A stretch of 64,000 bases of DNA, from positions 6,634,001 to 6,698,000 of the forward strand of contig CM022678.1 in assembly GCA_012295275.1 (NCBI GenBank), written 5' to 3'. The notes under the pieces were generated by a model that did no database searches, was not told the DNA's origin, and saw only the letters and a program-made list of their open reading frames with translations. Made by a program: the position numbers and the translations under genes. The DNA is from Chrysomallon squamiferum (lineage: Eukaryota; Animalia; Mollusca). Below, in pieces: positions 1 to 14,307 of this stretch (position 1 is its first letter; the number at the start of each line of letters is the position of its first letter).

Positions 1-241
1 ATTCTCCTAACATCCAAGATTTTACATTATATCACATTTCACTAATCTCATATCATTTCTTTATTCAACCAAAATCTTCGGATCTCTTCCATCTTACCAG
101 ATTTAAGTCGTCTATTCCGCGATGTATTAATTTAACACACCTGCCAACATAATTCCGCCAAAAAGATTTAATTTAACGAAGGCGGCCATGAAAAGAAGGA
201 TAGGGCTAAAATCCGGACATAACATCGTACATCGATTTTAT

Positions 242-300
<59 letters not shown>

Positions 301-705
301 TGGCACCGGTATTTTCTTCTTCATATAGAATATTCTGGGGTTTTTTTGTGTGTGTGTGTGTGTGTGTGTTTTTCTTTTTCTTTATCTAAAGATCAATTTT
401 GCAATTTTGACGTCTGGTTCTTCAATCGATATATCATGTTTTGCTTTACCTATCTGAATTAGATTCTATTTGTTCTGTGTCTTGGTGGTATTTTTGGTTT
501 TAGATCTGGCGGAGTGTATTTTTTTCTTTCATATTTTTTTTTTTTTTTTTTTTTTTTTAATTCTTTTGTCTGAATGTAGTTTTGATGTTTTGTTTTGAGG
601 AAGTGAATATATATTTATATCATTTTTATATACTTTTATTGTCTGGTTTGTTTGTTCGTTGTTGTTGTGTTTTATTTATTTATTTATTTATTTATTGTTA
701 TCTAT

Positions 706-736
<31 letters not shown>

Positions 737-812
737 CTTATTTATTATGGTTTTTTTTGTAGATTTTTTCTTCTGTTTTCTCTTTCTCTTCAAAAAACGA
801 ACATTCCTTATA

Positions 813-908
<96 letters not shown>

Positions 909-1072
909 CACATACACATCACACACTGTTATACACATACACACACAAGTGAGAATATTGGTTCGTATTAATATATATATATATATATAATTGTAGATAT
1001 GTAAATAGTTGTACCTATTTAAGTAGAACATGTAAAATGTTGTGGCTATGTGTGAATGTTTGTTTGTGATTG

Positions 1073-1187
<115 letters not shown>

Positions 1188-1669
1188 ACCGATTTAATTT
1201 TCTTCTTCATTTCCTTCTTTTGAGAATATTGTCAGCGCGCAGTCTTAGTCTGAAACGTAAATTAAACCTTCTCTAATTCCACGCTGATCTGTGACGGACG
1301 GTTCTCGCTACCTACCCTCCGGACACAGACGGTCATTTATCACGTGGCGTGATCTGTCCATTCGGTCAGTGAAATGAATTACATGGAAACACACACAGAC
1401 ATCAAAACAATCTTTAATCTTCGGTCTTCTTTTGGAATGACCACTGCCAGAAATTGACCCTTTGAAAAAAAAAAAAAAAAAAAAAATAGTATCACGTATC
1501 CAGTCGGCTTCGTATTTTTTCAAGATTATAAACATGTTATTTTCGTCTTCTATTTTTTTTTTTTTCTCGACAGATTATTTAAAGAACCAAGATCTGTTCT
1601 ACTAATTAAAAAGCGGATGACAAAAATATGGGGAATGGAAAAATAAGGTTAATTTAGGCAGAGGACAAT

Positions 1670-1709
<40 letters not shown>

Positions 1710-2202
1710 AAAGGTTGATGTACGAATTCATGAAGCTACATTTAATTTCTTTTTTTTTTTTTTTTTGTTGTTTTTTTTCGTCCGCATGATAGTGTTTCAA
1801 AGGTCCTTGCCTGCTATATAAAAAATAAATAAAATAAAATACTATAACAAATGAATATATAAGACTGTAATATATTAAATGTAAATTAATAAATTAAAAA
1901 GGTAGATAACAACCAAACAGGCATATAGGTGAATATTCAGTTAGACACACAGATGGATGGATTGATGTATGGACAGGATGGAGAGAAGATAAGTAGACAG
2001 ACAGACAGACAGACTGACTGACAAAAGACAGAGGTAGACCGACAAACACATAGACAAACATTTAGATGGAGAAAGAAAACGGGGAGGAACCATTGTTGGT
2101 AACCATAGTGACAGGCGCAGATAACTGAACAGACAGGCATATATATAGCATCATCATCATCATACACGCACACACACACACAAACACACATACACACACA
2201 TA

Positions 2203-2264
<62 letters not shown>

Positions 2265-2276
2265 TACACACACACA

Positions 2277-2324
<48 letters not shown>

Positions 2325-2483
2325 ACTATATATACATATAGATATATATATATACACACACATACTGCAAATAAATCATTTTCGTTTCTTTTCCATTTTT
2401 CTTTCTTTTCTTTTCTTTCTTTCTTTCTTTCTTCGTATTATAGTTTATTATTATCATCATCATCATCATCATTATTATTATTA

Positions 2484-2514
<31 letters not shown>

Positions 2515-2952
2515 CATCATAATCATCATCATTATTAGAATTATTATTATTACTATTATTATTATTATCATTATCATTATTATTATTAATATTATTGTTA
2601 TTAGCCAACATAAATCGCCTTTTCCTTAACGCTCCACTTTTTATTATTTTTTTATAACACAATAATTTCTAATTATTACATTTGAAAATGTCAGAGTTTA
2701 GAAGGAAGTAAAATTGAGTACAAATCCCAGGATATATCAACTGATTTTTGATTGTTTCAAATCTCTCTTATTTTCTTTTTTTTTCGGATATTTAAATTTT
2801 TTTCTTATTTTTTTTTTTTTTTTTTTATTTGTTTTTTTTTTTTAAATTTATTTATTTATTATTTTTTTTGGGGGATAATAGATTGCAAACTGGTTATAAG
2901 GAATGTTTTAAATCACAAATATATATTTATATCTGGAATCAATCAATCAATC

Positions 2953-2991
<39 letters not shown>

Positions 2992-3570
2992 TATGAAGAT
3001 GATACTAAAATAATAACGATAATAATAACAAATGTAATAGTAGTAGTAGTAGTAGCAGCAGTAGTAGTAGGAATACTAAATGATAATGATGATGATGATA
3101 AAAAAACGGCTTACCAGTTTGTAATGTGAACACACACACACGCACACACACACACACACACACATATGCCGTACTCACACGTAAATACGAACACGCTAAT
3201 TAATTTATCAATTTATTTTACCACAGTGTGTTAAGAACCGCAAAAACAATTATCACTTTCACCTGGTCAGATTACTCTTACATCAATACGTTTAATTAAT
3301 AACACTCTCTTCATAAAGATATATATATATATATATATATATATAAAGATATATATATATATATATATATATAATATCTTTAAGAAAATGACGAATTAAA
3401 AAAGAGTGTTATTAATGTATTTATATATATAATTTTTAAAAGTGTCACCGGTTTCAAATAGCGCAGATATTTCTTGTTAAACAGTTTGCGTCTGCTGCCG
3501 TTTTGACCTACTTAACGGCCATGTGACAAATAGCACGTAATCCCTAGTGTGTTATTCTAGTTTGTAACTC

Positions 3571-3583
3571 GTTGCTAGGTAAC
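3571..3583. promoter_or_regulatory. RFX X-box-like palindrome GTTGCTAGGTAAC upstream of the LRR gene
   Basis: Motif match only; 2.8 kb upstream of the LRR ATG, which is preceded by an intron. Confidence 0.3.
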
Positions 3584-3591
3584 CCGCTGGC

Positions 3592-3652
<61 letters not shown>

Positions 3653-3953
3653 TGTATTATATAATATATAATATATATATATAATACTGTGTGGTTATTG
3701 TGTGTGTGTGTGTTGTAAGAATATTATTGTTTTATTTGTGAATACAAATTATGTTGAAAGATAAATGCTTGATAATTACTTTTATATCCATAACAAAAAA
3801 AATATTAATAATAAAAATAATAATAATAAAATTATGACGATAACGATGATAATGTAGATAAGCATAGTAATAATAATAAATGATAGTATGAAAACAATAA
3901 AAAGAACAGCAACAACAACAACAAACAACAATACTACTAATTAAAATTATAGC

Positions 3954-3986
<33 letters not shown>

Positions 3987-5316
3987 CATAACAACAACAA
4001 TAATAACAAATCATAATAAAACTAATAACAGCATAAAACAGCATAAAAATATCAAACCAAAAGACAACAAAGAAAAACAAAAAAAAATAAAAAAAAACGA
4101 ACGAAAAAACACATCTAATGAATGAAAACGGAAATTAAAGTTTGTACACTTAGGAACCTGATTCGCTCAATTAATTATGTTTACTTAACTGTGTACTGGG
4201 AAGCATGAACTTTCCTTTTACATTTTCGAGATCATTAATTTTTCAGTCGGATTAACCGCTAACTGTAAGTTCAGTGCTTCGAGAAAAACTGACGTGTCGT
4301 TTGACATGCGCAGGAGCAGTTCCGTTAAGTTTTGTTAGGGTGTTTCAGGCAAACCCGTAGGTTTGTTGAAAAACAAAAAAAAAACGAAGCGAGTTTGATG
4401 AATTAATGCGCCTGCACGTGCGTGTGTGTTGTTTCAAAAACACAACAGTCAGAGGAAAGGCGCGGTTACTTAGACAGACATACACACAAACGCACAGACA
4501 CACACACAGACACGTGTGTATACAATAAATAGATATGTGCGCCTATAATTAATACACATACAAACTGATACATATCCATGCATACAACAAAATCACATAA
4601 CTGTAGATATGCCCATCTAAATGACATACATAGAAAGAAAAATAAATACCAAAAAAGAAAGTAGGTAAGTAAGTAAGAATAAGAAAATATAAGGAAAGTG
4701 GAAAAAAAACACCCATACATATGTATGTATTTATTTACTACTTCTACTATTACTACTACTACTACTACCACTACTATTGCTACTAATACTACTACTACTG
4801 TTACTACAACTACTCCTACTACTACTACTGCTACTACTACTACTACTATTACTACAACTACAACAACAACTACTGCTACTACTACTACTGTATTTTGGTT
4901 ATGTACAAATGTTTTATTCATTCATTCATTTATTATTACTGCTACTACCACTTCTACTACATTTTGGTCATATTCGAAAAAGAAAAGTTTCAAAACCCCC
5001 CCATCACCACATCACCTCATCCCCACATCACCCCCCACCCCCCGACGGGCCCGCGCCTCTTTTGCACTGACTTACAAACAACCTACGTACAAAACAGAGA
5101 CACGTCACAATACAATGTTAATCAGCCAGAAACGATTTCTTTGATGTATGGCTTTGGTATCTACGGCTAACATAAAATCTAATAGTTTTCCTTGCATTTA
5201 TAAGGTCACTGAATATCGACAGTGCTAATGCTAAGTAATCACCTCAACATGGCCAGATTATAGCCGTGGGTTCGACTAACTAGTGCTCCAATTATGATGG
5301 AGGAGATGTAGAAAAG

Positions 5317-5351
<35 letters not shown>

Positions 5352-5984
5352 AAAAGAAAAACAAATATGGCTGAAATGTGACAGACGAACAAAAGCATTA
5401 ATGCCCATCTTATATTTAGCTGTCGAACTTGAGTTTAATTAGTAAAATTTCTTCTGAATATTGTAAGGAAGGAAAAAGAAAAGAAAAAAAAAAAAAAAAA
5501 AAAAAAAAGAAATAAAAACACGAGAGAGAAACAAAAATGTAAATCGTAATAGAAACATTAAAAATAGGCCTTATAAAGACGAGATGCGTTCAATAGACTT
5601 GCAGATGAACGGCGGAAAGTATAGCGTGACTTACTCGCAACAAGTTAATTACTTAAAATTTTAATTTAAAACTTGCTTCTGTGTCCAGTCTGGTTCCCTA
5701 CAGCTTGGCTGGCATGCAATTACATGGCATCCAGTGAACGGGAGTTCAAACCAGTGTTATGCGTTTGTTTATGATGAAGTGTGTCGTATCAGTCTTAATT
5801 TCTTTAGAAAAGTCACACCTCTTGGACTTAGAAATTGATTAATTTGTAAAATATTCTGTTAATTTTTCCTTTTCCAAACAAGATCTGTTTCGTTCCTCTT
5901 CTTAAATATGTTTTGTTTTTTGTATTAATATTTTAAATCAGAAGGAACAGAAATTTTTCCAATGAATATGAGATCGTTTTAAAT

Positions 5985-6039
<55 letters not shown>

Positions 6040-6217
6040 TCACAAACACATACACTCTCACACTATCTCTTTCTGATTTTCTCATTCTTTTATTATCGTT
6101 TTAAATTATTTTCTCACACTATCTCCTGATTTCCTCATTCTTTCATTAGTTCTCTCTCTCTCTCTCTCTCTCACATACACTCTCTCTTTCCTCATTCTTT
6201 CATTAGTTCTCTCACTC

Positions 6218-6283
<66 letters not shown>

Positions 6284-6390
6284 TCTCTCCCCTCTCTCTC
6301 CCTCCCTCCCTCTCTCCCCCTCCCCTCACACAGATTCTGTATTTATTTAAATTTCTTTCTATCATAAATTTTTTTCAGCATCTCCTCACC

Positions 6391-8756
6391 ATGAGCAAAG
6401 GGAAGAAGGACGAAGGTCCCCCTCCATCGGCGGGACCAGGCAGCAAGATCATAGCCCTGGCTCCCACCCTGAGGAAACTAATACTACGAGAAGGCAACGA
6501 CGTCATTCTCAACTTCTCAACCCTGGGCATGAAGCAGCTGCCGCCGGAGATATGGAAGAACGAGGAGATCATGGTCAACGCAAAACGCTTCCAGGCGGAA
6601 AACAATCGCCTGAAAAAATTCCCCAAGATGGTTTCCGATTTCAGTAACCTCGTGATACTGGACCTGAGGAACAACCTCTTGTCGGCTCTTCCAGGAACGA
6701 TAGCGAAGCTGAAGCACCTGGAGAGAATCGAGGTGTCGAACAACACGTTGAAAAGCTTGCCCAACACCATCAACAAGGCGCCCGTCCTCGCACACATCGA
6801 CGCCTCCAACAACCGCATCAAGTCACTGCCAAAGACAATCAACAAGTGTCCCTCGCTGGTCCACCTGGACGTCAGCAACAACCTCATCAAGTCTCTGAAA
6901 AAGAACATTTACGAGCTGGGCGCGACGGTCGTAGTGTCGAACAACAAGCTCACCGAGCTCCCGGACGCCTCCATCAAAAACTCCGCGCTGAAGTCGCTGG
7001 ACGTCTCGCACAACCAGATCGCCTACGTCCCCGACGACATCCACAAGGTGACGACGCTGACGAGTCTGGACCTGTCGTTTAACGAACTGCAGGAGTTGCC
7101 GAGGGAGCTGGGTTTCCTGAAGTACCTGCACACGCTGAACGTGTCCCACAACCAGATCACGACTCTGCCGGACGAAATCTGCGCTCTGCAGTTCTCTTTG
7201 ATCACTCTTCAAGCCTCGGACAACAAGATCAAGACGCTGCCGAAAGACGTGAGCAAAATGCACGTGCTGAAGACGCTCAACCTGGCCAACAACGAAATAG
7301 AGATTCTAACCAAGGACTTCCACCAGATGAAGTCCCTGGCCGACCTCGACCTTTCGGGCAACAAGTTCACGTCCGCGGACGGGATTAGTCGACTGCGCAG
7401 CCTCGAGGTTCTGTCCGTGGCCAGGAACGCGCTGTCCACGTTGCCAGACGAAATGGACCAGCTCAAGTCGCTGGTGTCCATCGACATCTCCGGCAACCAC
7501 ATCAAAGAGCTGCCGCCCTCGCTGAGCAGGATCACGACCCTGAAGAGGATAATCGCCGCCGACAACAACCTGACGGTGATTCCAGACTCGTTAGGCGAGC
7601 ATCAGCTCATCACCTGCATAGACGTTGGACAGAACCGAGTCACGGGGTTTCCCCAGGACCTGAGGCGACTCCGGACGATAGAGATTCTCAAGATTAGGAC
7701 GAAACCAGCTGGCTTCTTTGCCCAAAGCTCTCGAGACCCTGGAGTTTCTCAAGGAGCTCGACGTCAGTGGAAATTCTCTCACGGACATGATTCTTCCGAG
7801 GACCCTCACCTCTCTCAGTCTGTCAGGCAATCCTCTGTTCCTGCCGTCCCAGGACCCCAAGTCTATACTCAACACACTGGGAGAGAGGGAGTTCGCCAAC
7901 AAGATTTCGTACTTGGACATTTCCAGCATCAGACTGGACAGGGTCCCCGCGTCCGTCTGCGGGATGAAGGTGCTGAGAGTCCTGAAGCTGGCTCACAACC
8001 AGCTGAAGAGGTTGCCAGACGAGCTCTGCAGGCTGAGGATGCTGACGGAGCTCGACGTGAGCGACAACGAGCTGCTGACGATCCCCGAGGACATCCACTG
8101 CATGCACGGCCTGAAGAAGCTGGACGCGTCTCAGAACAGAATCGGGGAGTTCGCCGGACGGGCTGAAGTACCTGCACCAGCTGGAGGAGCTCAACCTGTC
8201 GTTCAACAACATAGACAAGCTGCCCGGGCACTTCGGCGAGCTGCACAAGCTGCTCCACCTCGACCTCTCCAACAACGAGCTGTCGCAGCTGCCCGAGGAG
8301 AACATCGACATCCTCGCCTCGCTGCTCACCCTGAACGTCTCCAAGAACCACATCAACGCCATCCCCGCCGACATGCCTTACCTCTACCGCATCAAAGTCC
8401 TCAACGCGGCCTCCAACGACCTCACCGCCGTGCCGCACGACGTCGCGAAGATGCAGTCGCTGGAGGTGTTCAACCTCAGCGACAACCTGCTGGAGTCTCT
8501 GCCGGAGGGAATCTGCAAGCTTCCCGCCCTCGTGGAGCTCGACGTGTCGGACAATAAGCTGAGGGGATTCCCCTCGAAGATGGAGCAGCTCAAGGGACGC
8601 TGCAAGGTGAACGTTGACAAACAGTCGAGTTACAAAACGAGAGATCTGGAAGAAGGCCCAGCCCCCGGGGAGGTGCAAACGGACAGTCCCGATGCCAGCC
8701 CGACCCCTTCCAGATCGAAAACGCCCACGACAAAGATGGAAGAAAATGGATATTAA
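6391..8756 (+). CDS. Leucine-rich-repeat-only protein (about 30 tandem ~23-aa LxxLxLxxNxLxxLP repeats; about 787 aa after correcting two +1 insertions); single coding exon
   Basis: ATG in CTCACCATG context, 12 nt after a pyrimidine-tract acceptor (ttttttcag, AG 6377-6378). LRR periodicity runs through three frames: 6391-~7693, ~7694-~8152 and ~8154-8756 (TAA). Removing one base at 7693-7696 gives EILKLGRNQLASLPKAL. Removing one at 8152-8153 gives NRIGE(L/F)PDGLKYLHQLEELNLSFN. Strong GC3 codon bias against AT-rich flanks. No other domain recognisable, so no orthology assigned. Confidence 0.88.
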
Positions 8757-8823
8757 TGTGATGGATGGTGTGTGTTTTTTTTTTTTTTTTTTTTATTTTT
8801 ATTATTTTTTTTTTTTTTTTTTT

Positions 8824-8856
<33 letters not shown>

Positions 8857-9062
8857 TTATTTATTTATTTTTTTTTTTATTTTTTTTTATTTTTTATTTA
8901 TTTATTTATTTATTTTTTTTTTTTTTTGTGTTTGACGGTGAGAAAGGTGGTTAATAAAAAAAATAATAAAAAAAAAAAATCATGTTACAGTTCAGTTTTA
9001 AAAATCGTCCAGATTTCTCTGTGATCTGTTTTCAGCTGTCATCATAATAGAATGACAGTGGT

Positions 9063-9093
<31 letters not shown>

Positions 9094-10623
9094 TTTGTTT
9101 GAGAAGTTATTTTGGGGGTGGGGTGTTTTGTTTATTCATCCTAATCTCATTTTATCTTGTTTGTAAGTGTTTTCTGTTTATATATTTTTGTTTTTTTTAA
9201 AAAGATTTATTTTATTTTGTTTTATTTTGTTTTATTTTACGTGTTCTGTTCATTTGTTTTTAAAAAGCATTTATTCTATTTTACTTTGTTTTTAAATGTG
9301 TTCTTTTTATCTGTTTTCAAAATACAGTATTTTATTTTATTTTATTTTATTTTTGTTTTTGTATTTGTAACAAAAGGTGAAGTGTTGAAAAAGGCATAAA
9401 ACTAAACACAATCATATATCGAGGAATGAAAAAAAGAGATTAAACTGGAAAAGAAATCTTTTGGAGAAATGTTTTTTTTTTTTAAATTTGTTTCCTTTGT
9501 TTAGCACACGAATTTTTCGTACAACGACGGCATAGTGGGAGGGCAGGCGATGGAATATGTATTCTTCTGTGTGATGAACGAATGAATAAATGAATAAATG
9601 AATAAACAAGCAAACAAGCAAACAAACAAACAAACAAACAAACAAACATAGAAAAAAATCAGGAAAACCTAGGCAAGCAAATAAAATAAAGCATCCCGCA
9701 CAAGATACTACTACTACTACTACTACTACTACTACACTAATAATAATAATAACAACAACAGCAACGACAACGACAAACATAAATTAGACTGTTTTACAGG
9801 ACGGGTCGTGCATTTCAGTATGAAGTTAAGGCGCTAGTCATTATGAACATAATAAAACGGTATGGATTTCTTCATACCGGATAAATTACATCGATCAGTG
9901 ATGTAACAACGACGACGACAACAACAACAACAGCATTAAAATAGCAATAAAAGAAGCAATTGCTGCCTGTTGTATCCGTCATAGATTTTTAATGTTATTG
10001 ATTTTTTCCTTCTTCTTCTGCTTTTTATTTAATTTTTTTTTAAAGTTTCTTATCGTGTCAGTTGACATGCTTTAACCATTTTAACTAGCTGACGAAATAT
10101 CTCTTAAAATAGATGATAATAATAATAATAATAATAATGATAATAATAATAATAATAATCATAATGATAATAATAATAATAATAATCATAATAATAATAA
10201 CTGATTATTTTTACAGTACACACCTTAAGGTTGTCACCTTTCTGGAACGATGTTGTTGTTGTTGTTGTTGTTGTTACATTATTTTATGTTATTATTACTG
10301 TTACATTTAATAATTAAAAATATATATATATATATTATTATATTTAATTAAAATTTACAAAATGGGTAAAACCGTTTTACGTAAGCCAAACAAAAGTATA
10401 TATATACTATATATATCTTTATTTTATTATTATTATTATTATTTTTTTAATTTTAATTTTTTTATTTATTATTATTATTATTTTTTTTTTTTTTTTTTTT
10501 TTTTCAATAATTGTCATTGTTACTACCATAATTATTTCTTCCACTTTCATATTTTAAAATACAGAGTTAAATCCTGGATTCGCTTCAGCATTATTCCCTC
10601 TACATAAAACACACAAAAAAAAA

Positions 10624-10668
<45 letters not shown>

Positions 10669-11520
10669 TACTTACAGTATTCTTATAAATCAACGAATAA
10701 TGTTTCTTTCCTACAGTCCAGCTTTCTTTTTTACATTTCCTTATTTTATGTTTTTGTTCTGTTTCTGTTTTAATATTTACGTGCATTTAATAGCATTTGT
10801 TTTGAAGCTTGTCTATGACGTAATTTATAGTTCAGCTATTATGACGTCACAAGAGTTTTACGTATACATGGGGGACAAAGGTCGGTTTGTGTTTGATTTT
10901 CTACACAAACTAATAGTGTGTAAATAATTCAGATTTGTAAATTTTTGTTTATATTCATTTTGTACATAATTTACTGTTGCCTTTATGAGACATTATTTTA
11001 AAAATAATTGACAAAGCTGTACATAAAATTACTTCAATGTTGATGACGATAAATAAAAATTATTTATGTAGTTGAGACTTAGTTTTAATTGTTTATATTA
11101 CCTGTGTGTGAAAATGTGAATTCGTCTATTACTAATATACTACAACTACTGCAACCGCTACTATTACCACTGCTGCCACTGTTACTACAACTACTTCTAC
11201 TACTGCTAATACTGCTACTGCTGTTACTACTACAATCTCTCTCTGTCTGTCTATCTGTGTGTCTGCTGTCTTGTGTATGTCTGTATATCCATCCATCTAT
11301 CTGTCTTCTGTTTGTGCATCCGGTCGTCTGTCTGTGTGTCTCTCTATCTATCCATCCATTCATCCATCTGTCTATCTGTCTTTTTATCTATCTACCAATC
11401 TATCTATTGATCTATCAGTCTCTATCTATCTGTCTGTCTGTCTGCCTGTCTATCTATCTGTCTGTCTGTCTGTCTGTCTCTCTGAATGTCTGCCTGACTG
11501 TCTGGCTATCTATCTATCTA

Positions 11521-11559
<39 letters not shown>

Positions 11560-11600
11560 GTCTGTCTATCTATCTATATGTCTGTCTGTCTATCTATCTA

Positions 11601-11640
<40 letters not shown>

Positions 11641-12288
11641 TCTATCTATCGCATTCACAAGTGTAATTATCAGTTTAAAAAAATAAAATACCCATAAATA
11701 CCAGTTTTAATATAATTTTTTTTATTGTAATAATAATAAAATAATAATAATAATAAATTAAATATAAACAAATAAATAAATTAAATATAAACAAATAAAT
11801 AAATAAATAAATAATATTTCGAGGTTTATATTTGCCATATTTGCCATATTTATAATATTTATAATACTAACACATTTAAAACAGAAACTAAAAATCAAGC
11901 TACAGCCAGACAAACAGACAGATAGACAAAAACGAAGGAAATAAAAGAGTATGAAAGAAAATGCGTCTGTATGTGCATAAACTTTGGCTAGCCAAATAGA
12001 TAAATATAAGTGCATATGTACGCTTTTGTAAGTATTTTATGTTTGTCTGTGTGTGTGTATGGCAGACAAAAACACAAAGACATTTTAACCTAGTTTTATT
12101 TTTTCAAATTCATTTTCTATTCTTTTTTTTTTTTTTTTTTTTTTTTTTGTGTTTCTTTATTTTATCTGTAAAACCTAATCATACTGTTTCCCGTGGAATC
12201 GAACACATGCTTCTACTCTTTATCTTTTAAAAGCTGTTAAGTAAGAAGATAATTCGGAAGTGCTAGTAGACTAGCAGACACTTGAAAC

Positions 12289-12379
12289 ATGTTTTCTCTT
12301 TTATGTCTGACGTTTTGTTTCGCTTCTGTGTTTTCCGAGCGAAAAGTTAAACCCGAGCAAATACATCTCTCTTATGGAC
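12289..12379 (+). CDS. ACP7: ACP7 exon 1 (MFSLLCLTFCFASVFSERKVKPEQIHLSYG)
   Basis: ATG at 12289; donor gtaagt at 12380; phase 1. Confidence 0.88.
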
Positions 12380-12404
12380 GTAAGTATTAATTATTTAATT
12401 AATT

Positions 12405-12441
<37 letters not shown>

Positions 12442-12519
12442 TTGATTAATCGATTGTCTGATTGATTGATTGATTAATATATGTATTTATACTCTGTCAT
12501 TCGTTCTTCCCTAGTTGTT

Positions 12520-12591
<72 letters not shown>

Positions 12592-14270
12592 GTATACACA
12601 AAAAAAAAAAAAAAAAAATCGGAAACAAGTAAAATACAATGTCTTACATTTTGAAACCTCTAGACGATTTCGAATTAACGTATAGCTGGAGTTACTACTA
12701 CTAATACTACTATTATTATTATATTAATATCGTCACTATAATAATAATAATTATTATTATTACCTCTTCATGATATCTGAATGCAAATTAGCAGCAGCTG
12801 TGGTAGCAGTAGGGGTAGTAACAGTCGCGGTGGTATCTCTAACAGGCATAGTAGTAGAAGTAGGGGTGGTAGTAGTAATAGTAGTAGTCGTTGTAGTCGT
12901 AGTAGTAGTAGTAATAGTACTGGTAGAAGTATTAGTACTTATGGTATAATACTATTTATAATAGTTCAGAGACACACAGACATACACATAGTCAGACACA
13001 CAGACATACACATAGACACACATACATACACATAGTCAGACACACAGACATACACATATCAGACACACAGACATACACATAGACACGCAGACATACACAT
13101 AGACACACAGACATACACATAGACACACAGACGTACACATAGTCAGACACACAGACATACACATAGACACGCAGTCATACACATAGACAGACACACAGAC
13201 AGACACACAGACATACTAATAGACAGACACACATACACATAGACAGACACACAGACATACACATAGACAGACACACAGACATACACATAGACAGACACAC
13301 ATACACATAGACAGACACACAGACAGAGACATAGACAGACACACAGACATACACACAGACATACACATAGACAGACACACAGACATACACATAGACAGAC
13401 ACACATACATACACATAGACAGACACACATACACATAGACAGACACACAGACATACACATACACAGACACACAGACATACACATAGACAGACACACAGAC
13501 ATACACATAGACAGGCACACATACACATAGACAGACACACAGACATACACATAGACAGGCACGCAGACATACACATAGACACACAGACACACAGACATAC
13601 ACATAGACAGACACACAGACAGAGACATAGACAGACATAGACAGACACACAGACATACACATAGACAGACATATACATACACATTGACAGACACACAGAC
13701 ATACACATAGACAGACACACAGACATACACATAGACACGGAGACACACATAGACACACAGACATACACATAGACACGCAGACATACACATAGACACACAG
13801 ACATACACATAGACAGACACACAGATATACACATAGACAGACACACAGACATACACATAGACACACACACAGACATACACATAGACAGACACACAGACAT
13901 ACACATAGACAGACACACATACACATTGACAGACACACAGCCATACACATATACAGACATAGACAGACACACAGACATACACATAGACAGACATAGACAG
14001 ACAGACACACAGACAGTAAGGACTGGAAGGAATCCGGTTTTACTGACTGTTTAAATTTCTTTGTTTTTGTTTGGTTATCTCTTTGTTTATTTGTTTGCTT
14101 ATTTATTTATTTAGTTGTTTGTTTGTTTGTTTGTTTGTTTATTTAATTGTTTGTTTGTTTGTTTGTTTATTTATTTATTCATTCATTCATTTATTTATTT
14201 ATTTATGTAGTTATTTAACTATTTATTTATGTAGTTATTTTTTTATTTTTTTTATTTATATATATTTTTC

Positions 14271-14307
<37 letters not shown>

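Noticed and set aside
1190-1535. Non-repetitive island with a 75-aa minus-strand ORF
   Set aside because: No recognisable domain, the ORF runs through a homopolymer, and no partner exons were identified.
5690-5756. Possible tRNA or tRNA-derived SINE head (B-box-like GTTCAAACC; also GGTTCGA at about 5269)
   Set aside because: No convincing A-box or cloverleaf stems could be built by hand.
6375-8678. Antisense and alternate-frame ORFs over the LRR gene (and over the zinc-finger exon at 41-42.6 kb)
   Set aside because: These are expected shadows of GC3-biased coding sequence. The tails of ORFs 6391-8166 and 7718-8557 are out-of-frame read-through after the insertions.
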